From positions 84,614 through 148,613 of the IMG/VR virus record IMGVR_UViG_3300038443_000757: 64,000 nt of DNA; one strand, written 5' to 3'. Positions 30,958 to 39,405 of the stretch are shown here, in pieces; position 1 is the stretch's first letter, and each line of letters begins with the position of its first letter. Position numbers and translations under genes: made by a program. Source of the DNA: a virus (Duplodnaviria; Heunggongvirae; Uroviricota; Caudoviricetes). The notes beneath the pieces are model-generated. The model worked only from the letters and a program-made list of their open reading frames with translations. It ran no database searches and was not told the DNA's origin.

Positions 30958-32226
30958 TTACACGATCTGTAAGGCCACTCTAAGAGGCAATATGTCTCCA
31001 CCATCTGTTACTACCACCATCAACTGCGAAGCGTCCGTAGCACTGCTCAGAGACACGCTATAGTCCTCTCTGCCTGCCAGTGAACCCACTCCTATTGTCA
31101 TGCGTCCTCTGTCTGACTCCTTCACATCATAGTTGTGTAAGTGTCCATAAATGAATACATCAAAGAAATCATTTTCCATCGAAATTTTTGATTTCATTCT
31201 ATTCTGTTTATTTCCACCATCTAGATGACCATGGGCCAACTTAAACTTAACTCCATTTAACGTCTTATTGATTTCTGTTGCATCATCAGCGATATCAATA
31301 TAAGTCAGTCTGCTTGCACCAGTTAATTCAATAAATGTCTTAATGTTAAAATTTACAACTGCATTTGCATTATCATCTTCATATGCAATATTCTTATCTC
31401 CCTGAAATCTGTCATGATTCCCGGCGATACCAACATATTCAACATTAACGTACTCAGAAAGACTGACAAGAAAATCAATTACAATCTTGGTTGCCTTATG
31501 AATTTGTTGTGCTAAGCCAAACTCTGTTGAAACCTTTTGTTTATAACGCATATTGACATGTTCAACAATATCTCCCAAACCTGTAACAGTTACTTCTGTA
31601 ATGCCGAAACAATTGCAATACTCAAGAACTTTTTTCTTATATTCATTCATTCTCTTAATTGCAATCTCATAGTTGTAAGCGTTCTCATAAATATCTTCAA
31701 TAAGTTTGCCTATATGCAAATCAGTAAGAACTACAATAGCCTTATTATTTGAAGTTTTAAGCCTTGGATTGAAAACATAATGAGGAATTGTAAAGTTAAT
31801 ATCATCAAGAAAAATTTCTCTAATCTCTTCTGTGATAACCTTAACAAGCGACAATTCTCTTTTGTGTTTATTAATCTCGTTTAGAATTACTTGGTTTTCC
31901 CTTTTTTCAGCATAGATGTCACCGACGAGTTTATTGATTGAAGCAAGTCTTCCTTCCGCAACCATACTCTTGTGCAAATCCACAGGTACGAGTAATCCAA
32001 CTTCTTTTTGATAATCTTTAATGAGACAGCGATACGCTTCATTTGTGTCAGAATCATAAAATCCTTCACTCTCCATTAGTTCTTTGTGTTTTGACCAATT
32101 ACATTTACGAGAAGGTACTGAGTCTTGAAGTTCTATTTTTATTTTAATGGCACAATCAAGATGCTCTTTTGAAACTTCAACAGTCATTCCGTCGCTATTT
32201 GTGTAGCTTCTTAGTTTATCAGTCAT
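30958..32226 (-). CDS. calcineurin-like metallophosphoesterase (SPbeta YonJ-like)
   Basis: DLH, GD, GNHD, HGH, GHLH motifs. Confidence 0.85.
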   Translation of the reverse strand: MTDKLRSYTNSDGMTVEVSKEHLDCAIKIKIELQDSVPSRKCNWSKHKELMESEGFYDSDTNEAYRCLIKDYQKEVGLLVPVDLHKSMVAEGRLASINKLVGDIYAEKRENQVILNEINKHKRELSLVKVITEEIREIFLDDINFTIPHYVFNPRLKTSNNKAIVVLTDLHIGKLIEDIYENAYNYEIAIKRMNEYKKKVLEYCNCFGITEVTVTGLGDIVEHVNMRYKQKVSTEFGLAQQIHKATKIVIDFLVSLSEYVNVEYVGIAGNHDRFQGDKNIAYEDDNANAVVNFNIKTFIELTGASRLTYIDIADDATEINKTLNGVKFKLAHGHLDGGNKQNRMKSKISMENDFFDVFIYGHLHNYDVKESDRGRMTIGVGSLAGREDYSVSLSSATDASQLMVVVTDGGDILPLRVALQIV

Positions 32227-32239
32227 TCAGACCACACCC

Positions 32240-32458
32240 TTATTCTTCATCGCTTTCAATATCAGCTTCGTCAAGACTAGGAATCATTTGTTCCTCTTTA
32301 ATAGTAATAGAAACCATCTTGCCTACAAAGTCTTCTTCCAGAAGTGTTTTCAGATCAAAGAATTCACTAGGATCATCTTCACGTTTCCCAAATTCTTCAA
32401 TAACCAATGTCTTGTGCAAATATCCTTTGAACGATGCAGAATTAACTCTTTTAGCCAT
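32240..32458 (-). CDS. yonK: YonK-family small protein
   Basis: KRVNSASFKG...F.GK.VSITIKEE resembles SPbeta YonK; same synteny with YonJ-like gene. Confidence 0.7.
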   Translation of the reverse strand: MAKRVNSASFKGYLHKTLVIEEFGKREDDPSEFFDLKTLLEEDFVGKMVSITIKEEQMIPSLDEADIESDEE

Positions 32459-32530
32459 GTCGAATCATCCTTTTTCTCTTTTATTGTATTTTCTAACCTT
32501 TTCAGGTTAACATGCAAATCTAATAAATAT

Positions 32531-32559
32531 ATTATACCATTTTATATGTCATTTGTCAA
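32531..32559 (-). promoter_or_regulatory. sigmaA-type promoter
   Basis: TTGACA-17-TATAAT with TG extension. Confidence 0.8.
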
Positions 32560-32656
32560 TAAATAGGAATTACTAGTGATTTATTGTATATTTTAATTAT
32601 GATAATAAAAAAGTGATGATATCATTAGATACCATCACTTTAATGATGTTTATTAT

Positions 32657-32733
32657 TGGTACGGAATGGTGGGACTTGCACCACACTATCAACTGCGCCA
32701 GCCGCTGGGTTTACTACTTAACTCTACATTCCG
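32657..32733 (-). tRNA. degenerate tRNA-like gene (possible GGC/Ala loop)
   Basis: CGGAATG/CATTCCG acceptor, terminal ACCA, bulged T-stem, poorly paired anticodon stem. Confidence 0.45.
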
Positions 32734-32734
32734 A

Positions 32735-32812
32735 TGGTACAAGTGGCACGATTTGAACGTGCGATCTCTTGCTTCCAAGGCAAGCGAGAACTCCAAGCTT
32801 CTCCACACCTGT
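32735..32812 (-). tRNA. tRNA-Pro(TGG)
   Basis: full cloverleaf; CTTGC-CTTGGAA-GCAAG; TTCAAAT T-loop; CCA. Confidence 0.93.
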
Positions 32813-32816
32813 ATAT

Positions 32817-32893
32817 TGGCATCCCCGATGTGATTCGAACACATGCATATAGGTGTAGAAGACCTATGCCTTAATCCACTTGGCTACGGAGAT
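32817..32893 (-). tRNA. tRNA-Arg(TCT)
   Basis: full cloverleaf; TAGGT-CTTCTAC-ACCTA; TTCGAAT; CCA. Confidence 0.92.
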
Positions 32894-32902
32894 ATATATG
32901 AA

Positions 32903-33007
32903 AAGCGTAAGCAACACTTTGCCGGGAGGCTTTACCGTAGCTATTCGGTGTGTTGCGGGATTATGCACTGTAGTCAGCAGGACACCACTAACCCATGGTC
33001 AACGCTT
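32903..33007 (-). ncRNA. candidate structured RNA between tRNAs
   Basis: AAGCGT/ACGCTT closing stem; GCAACAC/GTGTTGC stem enclosing ACCG/CGGT and GCC/GGC hairpins. Confidence 0.5.
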
Positions 33008-33019
33008 AACAAACTTTTT

Positions 33020-33099
33020 TGGTAGAAGGTGAGGGAATCCAACCCATCCTATGACATCGCATATAAGGCGACCGCGCTCAAGCAGAGTGCTAACCTTCC
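33020..33099 (-). tRNA. tRNA-like gene with TAT (Ile) anticodon
   Basis: GGAAGGT/ACCTTCT acceptor, GTCGC-CTTATAT-GCGAT, CCA; D-loop lacks GG, T-stem bulged. Confidence 0.55.
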
Positions 33100-33108
33100 A
33101 TATTAGAA

Positions 33109-33351
33109 TTAAATATCTGTACCTTTACGATGACTCTTATAAAGATCACGATCAGCCGTAACTTGTTCTTGCGATTTCAGCCCTTCGTAAACTTCAACGA
33201 CTTTCCATCCATTATTCCAAGTACCATTAATCTTACGTTCAATATAAGAATCTTTGACAGCGTAATCTTGTGGAATAAAAATAGTGTCTACATATACTCC
33301 ATTGTCAGATTTCTTTTCAAGTTTTACTTGCTGAAACATATTTGTTTTCAT
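33109..33351 (-). CDS. hypothetical protein
   Basis: 80-aa ORF with GGAG RBS. Confidence 0.6.
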   Translation of the reverse strand: MKTNMFQQVKLEKKSDNGVYVDTIFIPQDYAVKDSYIERKINGTWNNGWKVVEVYEGLKSQEQVTADRDLYKSHRKGTDI

Positions 33352-33366
33352 ATTGTTGATCTCCTT

Positions 33367-33651
33367 TTATTGTTTAATTATGGAAAACTTTTTACCATTA
33401 TAATTACTCTCATCATGCTTCAAATCTCCACGAATTAATATTCCAACGTTCTGAGAAAATTCAAGATTAAACAAATTTCTTGTACGTTCAATTTGTGTTA
33501 TCGTGTAATTATCATCATCATCAAACCAAATTGTATCATTGACAAACATTTGTTCATTGAATTCTCTAGGAAGTTGAATGAAAAATACATAACCTTTTCC
33601 TGTAATGTAAAATGTATCTGTAATTCTAAATTCAATCATATTAACGCTCAT
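33367..33651 (-). CDS. hypothetical protein
   Basis: start MSVNMIEF overlaps upstream TGA (ATGA coupling). Confidence 0.55.
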   Translation of the reverse strand: MSVNMIEFRITDTFYITGKGYVFFIQLPREFNEQMFVNDTIWFDDDDNYTITQIERTRNLFNLEFSQNVGILIRGDLKHDESNYNGKKFSIIKQ

Positions 33652-33791
33652 AACGCTGTTTCTGGACGATTTGAACAAAAGCTACAATCTTCATCTGTAC
33701 ATTTCTCATCAATCCACTCTCCACATTTAGAGCAATATTTAGCATCATATTCTTCATTGTATTTTGTAAACTTTCTAGGGCAATCACACAT
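33648..33791 (-). CDS. 47-aa Cys-rich (Zn-binding) protein, absent from ORF track
   Basis: GGAGG RBS; MCDCPRKFTKYNEEYDAKYCSKCGEWIDEKCTDEDCSFCSNRPETAL. Confidence 0.7.
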   Translation of the reverse strand: MCDCPRKFTKYNEEYDAKYCSKCGEWIDEKCTDEDCSFCSNRPETAL

Positions 33792-33825
33792 TGTGCATTC
33801 CTCCAGTTATTGTTGTATTTATATT

Positions 33826-33899
33826 TGCCCTTCATTGGATTTGCACCAACTCTTCCTCAATCAAGTAGAGGCGTTCTAACTTTGCTAAACTATCGGGGC
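33826..33899 (-). pseudogene. decayed tRNA (Gln- or Ser-like loop)
   Basis: recognisable D, anticodon and T arms (TTGG-TGCAAAT-CCAA); mismatched acceptor, no CCA. Confidence 0.45.
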
Positions 33900-33900
33900 A

Positions 33901-33975
33901 TGGCACTGGCGACACGGCTCGAACGTGTGATCTTCTCATTAACAGTGAGTTGCTGTACCACTCAGCTACACCAGT
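33901..33975 (-). tRNA. tRNA-Asn(GTT)
   Basis: full cloverleaf; CTGTTAA loop; G73; CCA. Confidence 0.93.
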
Positions 33976-33981
33976 AAATTT

Positions 33982-34074
33982 TGGAGGAAGCGACATGACT
34001 TGAACATGCACAGCGGGTACTAGCCGCCTTAAATAGTTTTCAAGACTATCTCCTTACCATTCGGACACGCTTCC
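33982..34074 (-). tRNA. tRNA-Ser(TGA)
   Basis: GGAAGCG/CGCTTCC, ATAGT-CTTGAAA-ACTAT, long variable arm, CCA (discriminator T). Confidence 0.88.
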
Positions 34075-34081
34075 ATATATT

Positions 34082-34171
34082 TGGCGGAAGGCAGAGGGGT
34101 CAAACCTCTGTGACCAGTTAAGGTCAGCCTTGGTTTAGCAAACCAGCACATTGTCGCTCTGTCAGCCTTCC
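34082..34171 (-). tRNA. tRNA-Ser(GCT)
   Basis: GGAAGGC/GCCTTCC, TTGCTAA loop, long variable arm, G73, CCA. Confidence 0.85.
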
Positions 34172-34179
34172 ATTTATTA

Positions 34180-34857
34180 TTATATTCTAACCATAGACCA
34201 AGTCTTCCCTTGCTTGATGGAATATATTGTATTCTGATTGACATTATAAATTAATGCTAAATCTTTTATTTCATATCCATCACTTAGCTTTGCCTTTATA
34301 TCTCTAACTTTTTCTTCATTCAATTTTATGTAATTGACTGAATTCAAAATAAAATTTGGAAGAACATGTGTCCATGTTTTTAAATCTCTAATCTGCTTAA
34401 TTGTAGCTTTACTTACTCCATAAATATCAGCAATATCTTTATTGCCAATTGTTGTATATGCCATTAAATGTTTTATCTCATATACATCTTTTTCAGTCAG
34501 TACGGAATGTGGATGCCTATCTCCAAAAACACCATTACCAGCAGTAAACTTATCGGACTCATTCTCAGAGTACGTACCAACTTTTAAATGATTTGGATTA
34601 ATGCATCTGCTATTGTGACATAAGTGTCTGACTACAAATCCAACCTTAGATTTTTCTCCATTGAAAACATCGTTAATCCAAACGTGCATATCAATATGTT
34701 TCCCAAATCTTTTCATTCTGTAATATCCAGTCTTTTGACTGGAATGACTTACACAAATAAAACATTCTCCATTCTCCCCACCTAAAACATATTTAATAGG
34801 TTTTACGGCAGTTGTACCTTGTGAAACATAACCATCATCTAAAATAAACTCTTCCAT
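34180..34857 (-). CDS. HNH homing endonuclease with C-terminal HTH repeats
   Basis: VVRHLCHNSRCINPNHL..GT..EN; inserted within tRNA cluster. Confidence 0.85.
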   Translation of the reverse strand: MEEFILDDGYVSQGTTAVKPIKYVLGGENGECFICVSHSSQKTGYYRMKRFGKHIDMHVWINDVFNGEKSKVGFVVRHLCHNSRCINPNHLKVGTYSENESDKFTAGNGVFGDRHPHSVLTEKDVYEIKHLMAYTTIGNKDIADIYGVSKATIKQIRDLKTWTHVLPNFILNSVNYIKLNEEKVRDIKAKLSDGYEIKDLALIYNVNQNTIYSIKQGKTWSMVRI

Positions 34858-34866
34858 AAAAACACC

Positions 34867-35079
34867 TTAAAGCCAACTAAAGAATTCTCTTGGGAGACTG
34901 TTTTGAATTTTAACAATCATATCAAGCAATTCTCTTTTTGTTTTTACATGATCTGGTGGACAACTTTCAAAATCCTCTTGCAGTTGCAAAAGTGCTCGAA
35001 TATTAAAATCATAAAAATCAGGGAACTCAAATCTCTTTTTCCAATCTTCAAACTTTTTATCAACATTACTCATACGCAC
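34867..35079 (-). CDS. hypothetical protein
   Basis: 70-aa ORF. Confidence 0.5.
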   Translation of the reverse strand: MRMSNVDKKFEDWKKRFEFPDFYDFNIRALLQLQEDFESCPPDHVKTKRELLDMIVKIQNSLPREFFSWL

Positions 35080-35111
35080 TCACACTCTCTAATTTATTCT
35101 TATATTTGTAT

Positions 35112-35185
35112 TGGAGCGGACGACGAATCACGATATCGTATCCTTCGGGTGGAAGCCGAAGATTTTTCCTTTAAACTACGTCCGC
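35112..35185 (-). tRNA. tRNA-Gly(TCC) with atypical T-loop
   Basis: GCGGACG/CGTCCGC, TTCGG-CTTCCAC-CCGAA, U73, CCA; T-loop ATCGTGA. Confidence 0.8.
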
Positions 35186-35186
35186 A

Positions 35187-35262
35187 TGGTAGTGACGGCT
35201 TGATTTGAACAAGCGACCCCCTGTGTATCAGACAGGCATTCTCACCACTGAACTACGTCACT
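35187..35262 (-). tRNA. tRNA-Ile(GAT)
   Basis: full cloverleaf; CCTGT-CTGATAC-ACAGG; CCA. Confidence 0.93.
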
Positions 35263-35265
35263 ATT

Positions 35266-35343
35266 TGGTTGCTACGTGCTGGTAACGCTCCAGCTTAATC
35301 AGGCTTATGAAGCCAAACGAGATACTTACCTCTACCACCAGCT
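35266..35343 (-). pseudogene. degenerate tRNA-Met(CAT)-like
   Basis: TTCATAA loop, GCTGG/CCAGC T-stem, terminal CCA; acceptor stem largely unpaired. Confidence 0.45.
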
Positions 35344-35351
35344 ATATTTTG

Positions 35352-35442
35352 TGGTCATGGCTAGAATTGCACTAGCAATGGACTTGATCATCGTCCACCC
35401 TCATTACGCGAGGGCGCGTCTTCTATTTCCGCCACATGAACC
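35352..35442 (-). tRNA. tRNA-Tyr(GTA)-like, non-canonical
   Basis: CCCTC-GCGTAAT-GAGGG (C at 33), long variable arm, bulged acceptor, no encoded CCA. Confidence 0.6.
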
Positions 35443-35451
35443 ATATAAAAA

Positions 35452-35730
35452 TCATTTAAACTTTGAATTACACATCGTAGGAAGCAAAACATGATTACGA
35501 ATTTCCTGATTCGCTTCAGATGAAAACATAATGTCAAATCTATACCCTCTTACAAGTTGATTTGATCTTCTAAATATTCTTACATCATATAAATCAGATT
35601 CAATCCTTACACAATTATACTCATTTCTACTTTTGGTAATTCCACCTGAATTTTGCAACATTTCAGTAAAGAAATTTACATACATATTGTACTCAAATTC
35701 ATTTGTAGCAAATGCACCAATCTTAGTCAT
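35452..35730 (-). CDS. hypothetical protein
   Basis: 92-aa ORF with RBS. Confidence 0.55.
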   Translation of the reverse strand: MTKIGAFATNEFEYNMYVNFFTEMLQNSGGITKSRNEYNCVRIESDLYDVRIFRRSNQLVRGYRFDIMFSSEANQEIRNHVLLPTMCNSKFK

Positions 35731-35742
35731 AACTTCACCTTC

Positions 35743-35940
35743 TTATTTTCTAATGCTAACTCTTCTTAGTTCTCCGAATATCTTATTATAGATTCTGCCA
35801 TACCATCTTGGCCTGAACATCAGCAAGTAAGGAATAAGCATCACATATGAAAGAATCCAGAGTGGAATATAAATCATAGCAATAAGTAGCATTTCATACC
35901 ATTTGAAATCAAAACTTATGAACAACATAATTCCACTCAC
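35743..35940 (-). CDS. small membrane protein
   Basis: hydrophobic 65 aa; shares MF(R/K)PRW motif with 39575..39778. Confidence 0.5.
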   Translation of the reverse strand: MSGIMLFISFDFKWYEMLLIAMIYIPLWILSYVMLIPYLLMFRPRWYGRIYNKIFGELRRVSIRK

Positions 35941-35951
35941 CTAATTTCATT

Positions 35952-37703
35952 TTATTTAGCATCTAACGTTCCTCTTGTAATCCAATCCCCATAAGTTGCA
36001 CAAAATGCATCAATCGTTATAGAATCACTTGTTGTAAGAACTGTTGACTTAGAAGCATAGAAACTCACCTTAATTTGAGTACCAGTAAAAGTCTCTGGAA
36101 CAATGAATCTGTAAGTGTAGATTGAATTTAAAGGATCAGAAATATCAAGTGGATTCAATGTTGCAAGAACTATATTATTCACATCAGTAACTTCAACTGT
36201 ACGATCAGGCAATCCAGAAGTTCTATAGTTTGCCGCCAAGTAGATTGGCGCTCCCTTTAACGAAGAACTCACTGTAAATGTGTAAGTCACCTTATTACCA
36301 AGAATAGAACCATTAACTGTTTCAGCAGGTGCAATATTCTCATACAACTGTTCAAGCTTTCCAAATCGTCTAATTCCATTTACTTTACCACCGAATACAA
36401 GACCTTCTTGCAAACCGCCAGCTAAAATAGTAATTGAAGCATTGACAGTATTGTAAATAGTAAGATTTTCTGGAATAGTCTTAACAGTTATGTCACCACT
36501 ATTTTGTGCTGTAATCTTTCCACTGTACATTGCAAGATCAATAATATCATCACTCAAATGATCAAATGAACCTTCAGTTTCGATAGTTGTTGCTAATGCT
36601 ACAGAAGGAGTTGCACAATAGATAAGACTATCAGTATAGCCATTTCCATCTCCATAACTATTTCCCTTGAACGAAAACTTACGTTCTGCACTTGTAGGAG
36701 AATTAACATTCTCAAGACAAATAACATATTTAGGAGCAATTGGCGCTGATCCACCATCACTAATAGCACCTTTGATAAAGTGATTATTGTTAATTTGGAT
36801 ATTTCCTTGCTGATCTCCACAAACTTGAATGCAACCTTTGTAAGATTCTCCCAAACTCAATGTACTTCCACCAGAAGTTTGAAGACCACCACAACGACTA
36901 AATGTGTTCTCATTAATAGAAAGATCATGATTCTGTTGTTTCAATTGAACTCCAACGCCTGAAACTCTATCAAACCAATTTCCTTTAATCATATTGTTAT
37001 CACAACCATACAAGGAAATAGCTGAGTCTCTGTCGATCCATTCAAACCTATTATTTAAAATTCTATTTGCTCTTGCTTGGACAAGATCAAAGCCTTTGTT
37101 TCCAACAAAGATATTATCATTCCATTCGCAATCTACTAAACGTCCTTGAAAAACTGTTTTATTAACTGTATCTCCACTGTTGTTATAAACTGTAAATGCA
37201 CACTTTCTAAAATGAAAGTTTTGACACATTTCAGTTGAACCAGATGGAGCATTGAGAACCACCATATTCTTAAACGAACAATCCTCAATGTCAAAGCTTC
37301 TACAATCACCTGAAATAACAAGACGAGTAAAACCTGTGAAAGAAAGATTTCTCAACGAAACATGATAACCTTGACTTGGTTTGTCAAACAGTTCACTTGT
37401 ATAATCACCAACTAAAACTGATCCACCTTTAGAGAATACATCACCGTAACTTGCACCACTCCAGTAGTGCTTTACTGTTGATCCTCCAATAAATGTAATA
37501 TTATCATAGTTAGTAAGTTTACCACGAATAAGCCATTCGCCTTCAGGAATATAAATGATTTTACATGACGTTGAATTTTGCGCTATATTTATTACTCTTT
37601 GAATGATACTTGTGTTATCAAAATCAATTTGTTGCCATCTTGGGATAGCTCCAAAATCTGCAATATTTAATGCATTATTAATCATATTAATCACTATAAA
37701 CAT
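35952..37703 (-). CDS. right-handed beta-helix (pectate lyase 3-like) protein
   Basis: N..DFGA..., D.T..IQ..IN, IYIPEGEW N-motif; Asn-ladder repeats. Confidence 0.8.
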   Translation of the reverse strand: MFIVINMINNALNIADFGAIPRWQQIDFDNTSIIQRVINIAQNSTSCKIIYIPEGEWLIRGKLTNYDNITFIGGSTVKHYWSGASYGDVFSKGGSVLVGDYTSELFDKPSQGYHVSLRNLSFTGFTRLVISGDCRSFDIEDCSFKNMVVLNAPSGSTEMCQNFHFRKCAFTVYNNSGDTVNKTVFQGRLVDCEWNDNIFVGNKGFDLVQARANRILNNRFEWIDRDSAISLYGCDNNMIKGNWFDRVSGVGVQLKQQNHDLSINENTFSRCGGLQTSGGSTLSLGESYKGCIQVCGDQQGNIQINNNHFIKGAISDGGSAPIAPKYVICLENVNSPTSAERKFSFKGNSYGDGNGYTDSLIYCATPSVALATTIETEGSFDHLSDDIIDLAMYSGKITAQNSGDITVKTIPENLTIYNTVNASITILAGGLQEGLVFGGKVNGIRRFGKLEQLYENIAPAETVNGSILGNKVTYTFTVSSSLKGAPIYLAANYRTSGLPDRTVEVTDVNNIVLATLNPLDISDPLNSIYTYRFIVPETFTGTQIKVSFYASKSTVLTTSDSITIDAFCATYGDWITRGTLDAK

Positions 37704-37739
37704 CTCTCCTGTATAAAGGCGTTAGTTGAGCATAAAAAT

Positions 37740-37985
37740 TTATTTTGACTGCTTTTCGATTGAAACCCATGTTCCACTTGTATTGCCAATCAGTGCATGA
37801 GCATTTTCTAAGGACTTCTTAAACGATCTTGCATCTTCTTCTTGAATGAAAGCTTGATAGCAAATTCTAGTCTCTCCATGAAATTCTCCAATTCTTTTGC
37901 TCCAAGATACAACCCAAACATCAGTTACTTCTACTTCTTTTGTTTCATTTGTCGGAATAGAAATAGTTTTTCTTTTAAAGAACAT
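37740..37985 (-). CDS. hypothetical protein
   Basis: 81-aa ORF with RBS. Confidence 0.55.
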   Translation of the reverse strand: MFFKRKTISIPTNETKEVEVTDVWVVSWSKRIGEFHGETRICYQAFIQEEDARSFKKSLENAHALIGNTSGTWVSIEKQSK

Positions 37986-38038
37986 TGAATCATTCTCCGT
38001 TCAATAGTTTTTTATTTGGCTAACAGGCTATATTATAA

Positions 38039-38112
38039 TGGTGCCCTCTACTGTAATCGAAACAGTGACTACGGGTTACAAAGCCGTTGTTTTACCACTA
38101 AACTAAAAGGGC
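38039..38112 (-). tRNA. tRNA-Thr(TGT)
   Basis: GCCCTTT/AGAGGGC, TTTGTAA loop, CCA; C31-C39 mismatch. Confidence 0.88.
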
Positions 38113-38115
38113 ATT

Positions 38116-38209
38116 TGGGGCGTATGACGAGGTACGATCTCGCAAAGGGTCAACAAACCCTTACAGGATTCACATTCCTGCGTGTACTTCCAATCCCACC
38201 ACACACGCC
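38116..38209 (-). tRNA. tRNA-His(GTG) with G-1:C73 and an unusual long variable arm
   Basis: G(-1)GCGTGTG/CATACGC-C-CCA; CAGGA-ATGTGAA-TCCTG; AAGGG/CCCTT extra arm; T-loop ATCGTAC. Confidence 0.75.
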
Positions 38210-38244
38210 ATAAAAACAACTTTTTATAGTTTAATAAAGTTAAT

Positions 38245-38680
38245 AAAAATCATTTCCTGCCATGACAGCCCTTTATAAACTGGAAAGGACAAGTCATAAC
38301 AACCTATGAAATTAAACAAGGGATTTTATCGAATGGGCGTGATACCCAATGTATCACTAAGCCCTGATATTTAAGACTTCAACGTTGACTCATGTGAATT
38401 CTGAGTCGTAAACTTTAAGGTTTGATCTCTGAGCTTTGAGCTTTATATCACATTTTTAATTATCCCCAATGGATTAATACTCTGCACGAGTTATCAAATA
38501 GTTCCTTTAACAGAACAACCTAAAAGTTGTAAATTTAACGTAATTTACGAAACGTATGAAGTTCTCCAGTTTTCGTCATGTCAGGAAATATCAATTATTT
38601 ATTTGCACCTTGCGGGACGCGCCAAGTCATCTTATTCTTATTGCAATAGGGAAGATGACTAGAAACCTAGAGACCTATTT
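38245..38680 (-). ncRNA. candidate large structured ncRNA (~440 nt)
   Basis: 14/15-bp long-range stem 38252-38266/38575-38589, nested 8-bp stem, at least 6 hairpins, heptamer-periodic tract 38396-38444. Confidence 0.7.
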
Positions 38681-38684
38681 GACA

Positions 38685-39311
38685 TTAACCGCTAATTTCA
38701 ATGTCTGTGCGCGTATTACTCTCACTCAGAAGAAAGTCAGCTTCTTTGTCAAATTCTTCAATCTGCTCAGTAAGTTTATCAATTGTCTTTTTCAGATCAA
38801 TTGGATCAATAAACTTAACTTCATTGTCAAGATTGAATCCTTTCGTAATTTCTTCTACGGAAGCTTCTTTGCCCTTAGTTTCTTTGCCAAGAGCATTCTC
38901 AATACGCTTCTCAAGAGCTTGTTTTGCCTTCTCTTGTTCACGTGCGAGAACTTGAAGTGTCGTAGTGTACTGAGTACGCATCATGTTCAAAGCTTGACGA
39001 TCATGAACAATTGAATTTTTACGTTCAATTACCTCTGCCACACTCATAACTTTTCCACTAGGGAAAGTTACCTGAGTGATTGCATTAGATGCAATGATTG
39101 CAGATTTAATCTCAGCACGACGAGCGATCAAGTCTCTGATAGATGCAAGAGATGCTTCAGCATTCTTTGCAAAATTTTCAGGAGAAATATGACCACCAAT
39201 TGGTTTAGAACCAACTTGAATACTTACGAATGCCGCTTCGCTAATTGCACGATTAATTCTAGCCTCAAGTACTCCCAATTCCGACAATGCTCTGTGTACG
39301 CTCAATTTCAT
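38685..39311 (-). CDS. conserved coiled-coil protein of unknown function
   Basis: 208 aa; HRALSEL..L..RI, SVAEVIE.K, DF.LSESN motifs; high-expression codons; own promoter. Confidence 0.85.
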   Translation of the reverse strand: MKLSVHRALSELGVLEARINRAISEAAFVSIQVGSKPIGGHISPENFAKNAEASLASIRDLIARRAEIKSAIIASNAITQVTFPSGKVMSVAEVIERKNSIVHDRQALNMMRTQYTTTLQVLAREQEKAKQALEKRIENALGKETKGKEASVEEITKGFNLDNEVKFIDPIDLKKTIDKLTEQIEEFDKEADFLLSESNTRTDIEISG

Positions 39312-39405
39312 TAATAAATCTCTCCCTTTTCATCTTTGATATTTAAATTTGATTAGTAAATATAATTCATTTTTTATTACATCTGTTATTTTCGACTGTT
39401 TTCAT

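Noticed and set aside
32458-32464. Perfect Spo0A boxes (TGTCGAA here; its complement at 56059-56065)
   Set aside because: Isolated 7-mers are expected by chance in 64 kb and are not positioned at the promoters of interest.
32990-33010. TAAGCGTTGACC resembling the pistol ribozyme core
   Set aside because: Required upstream P1 hairpin and pseudoknot partner are absent.
38245-38680. Calling the large RNA ROOL, GOLLD or OLE
   Set aside because: Cannot be supported without a covariance-model search; left unnamed.
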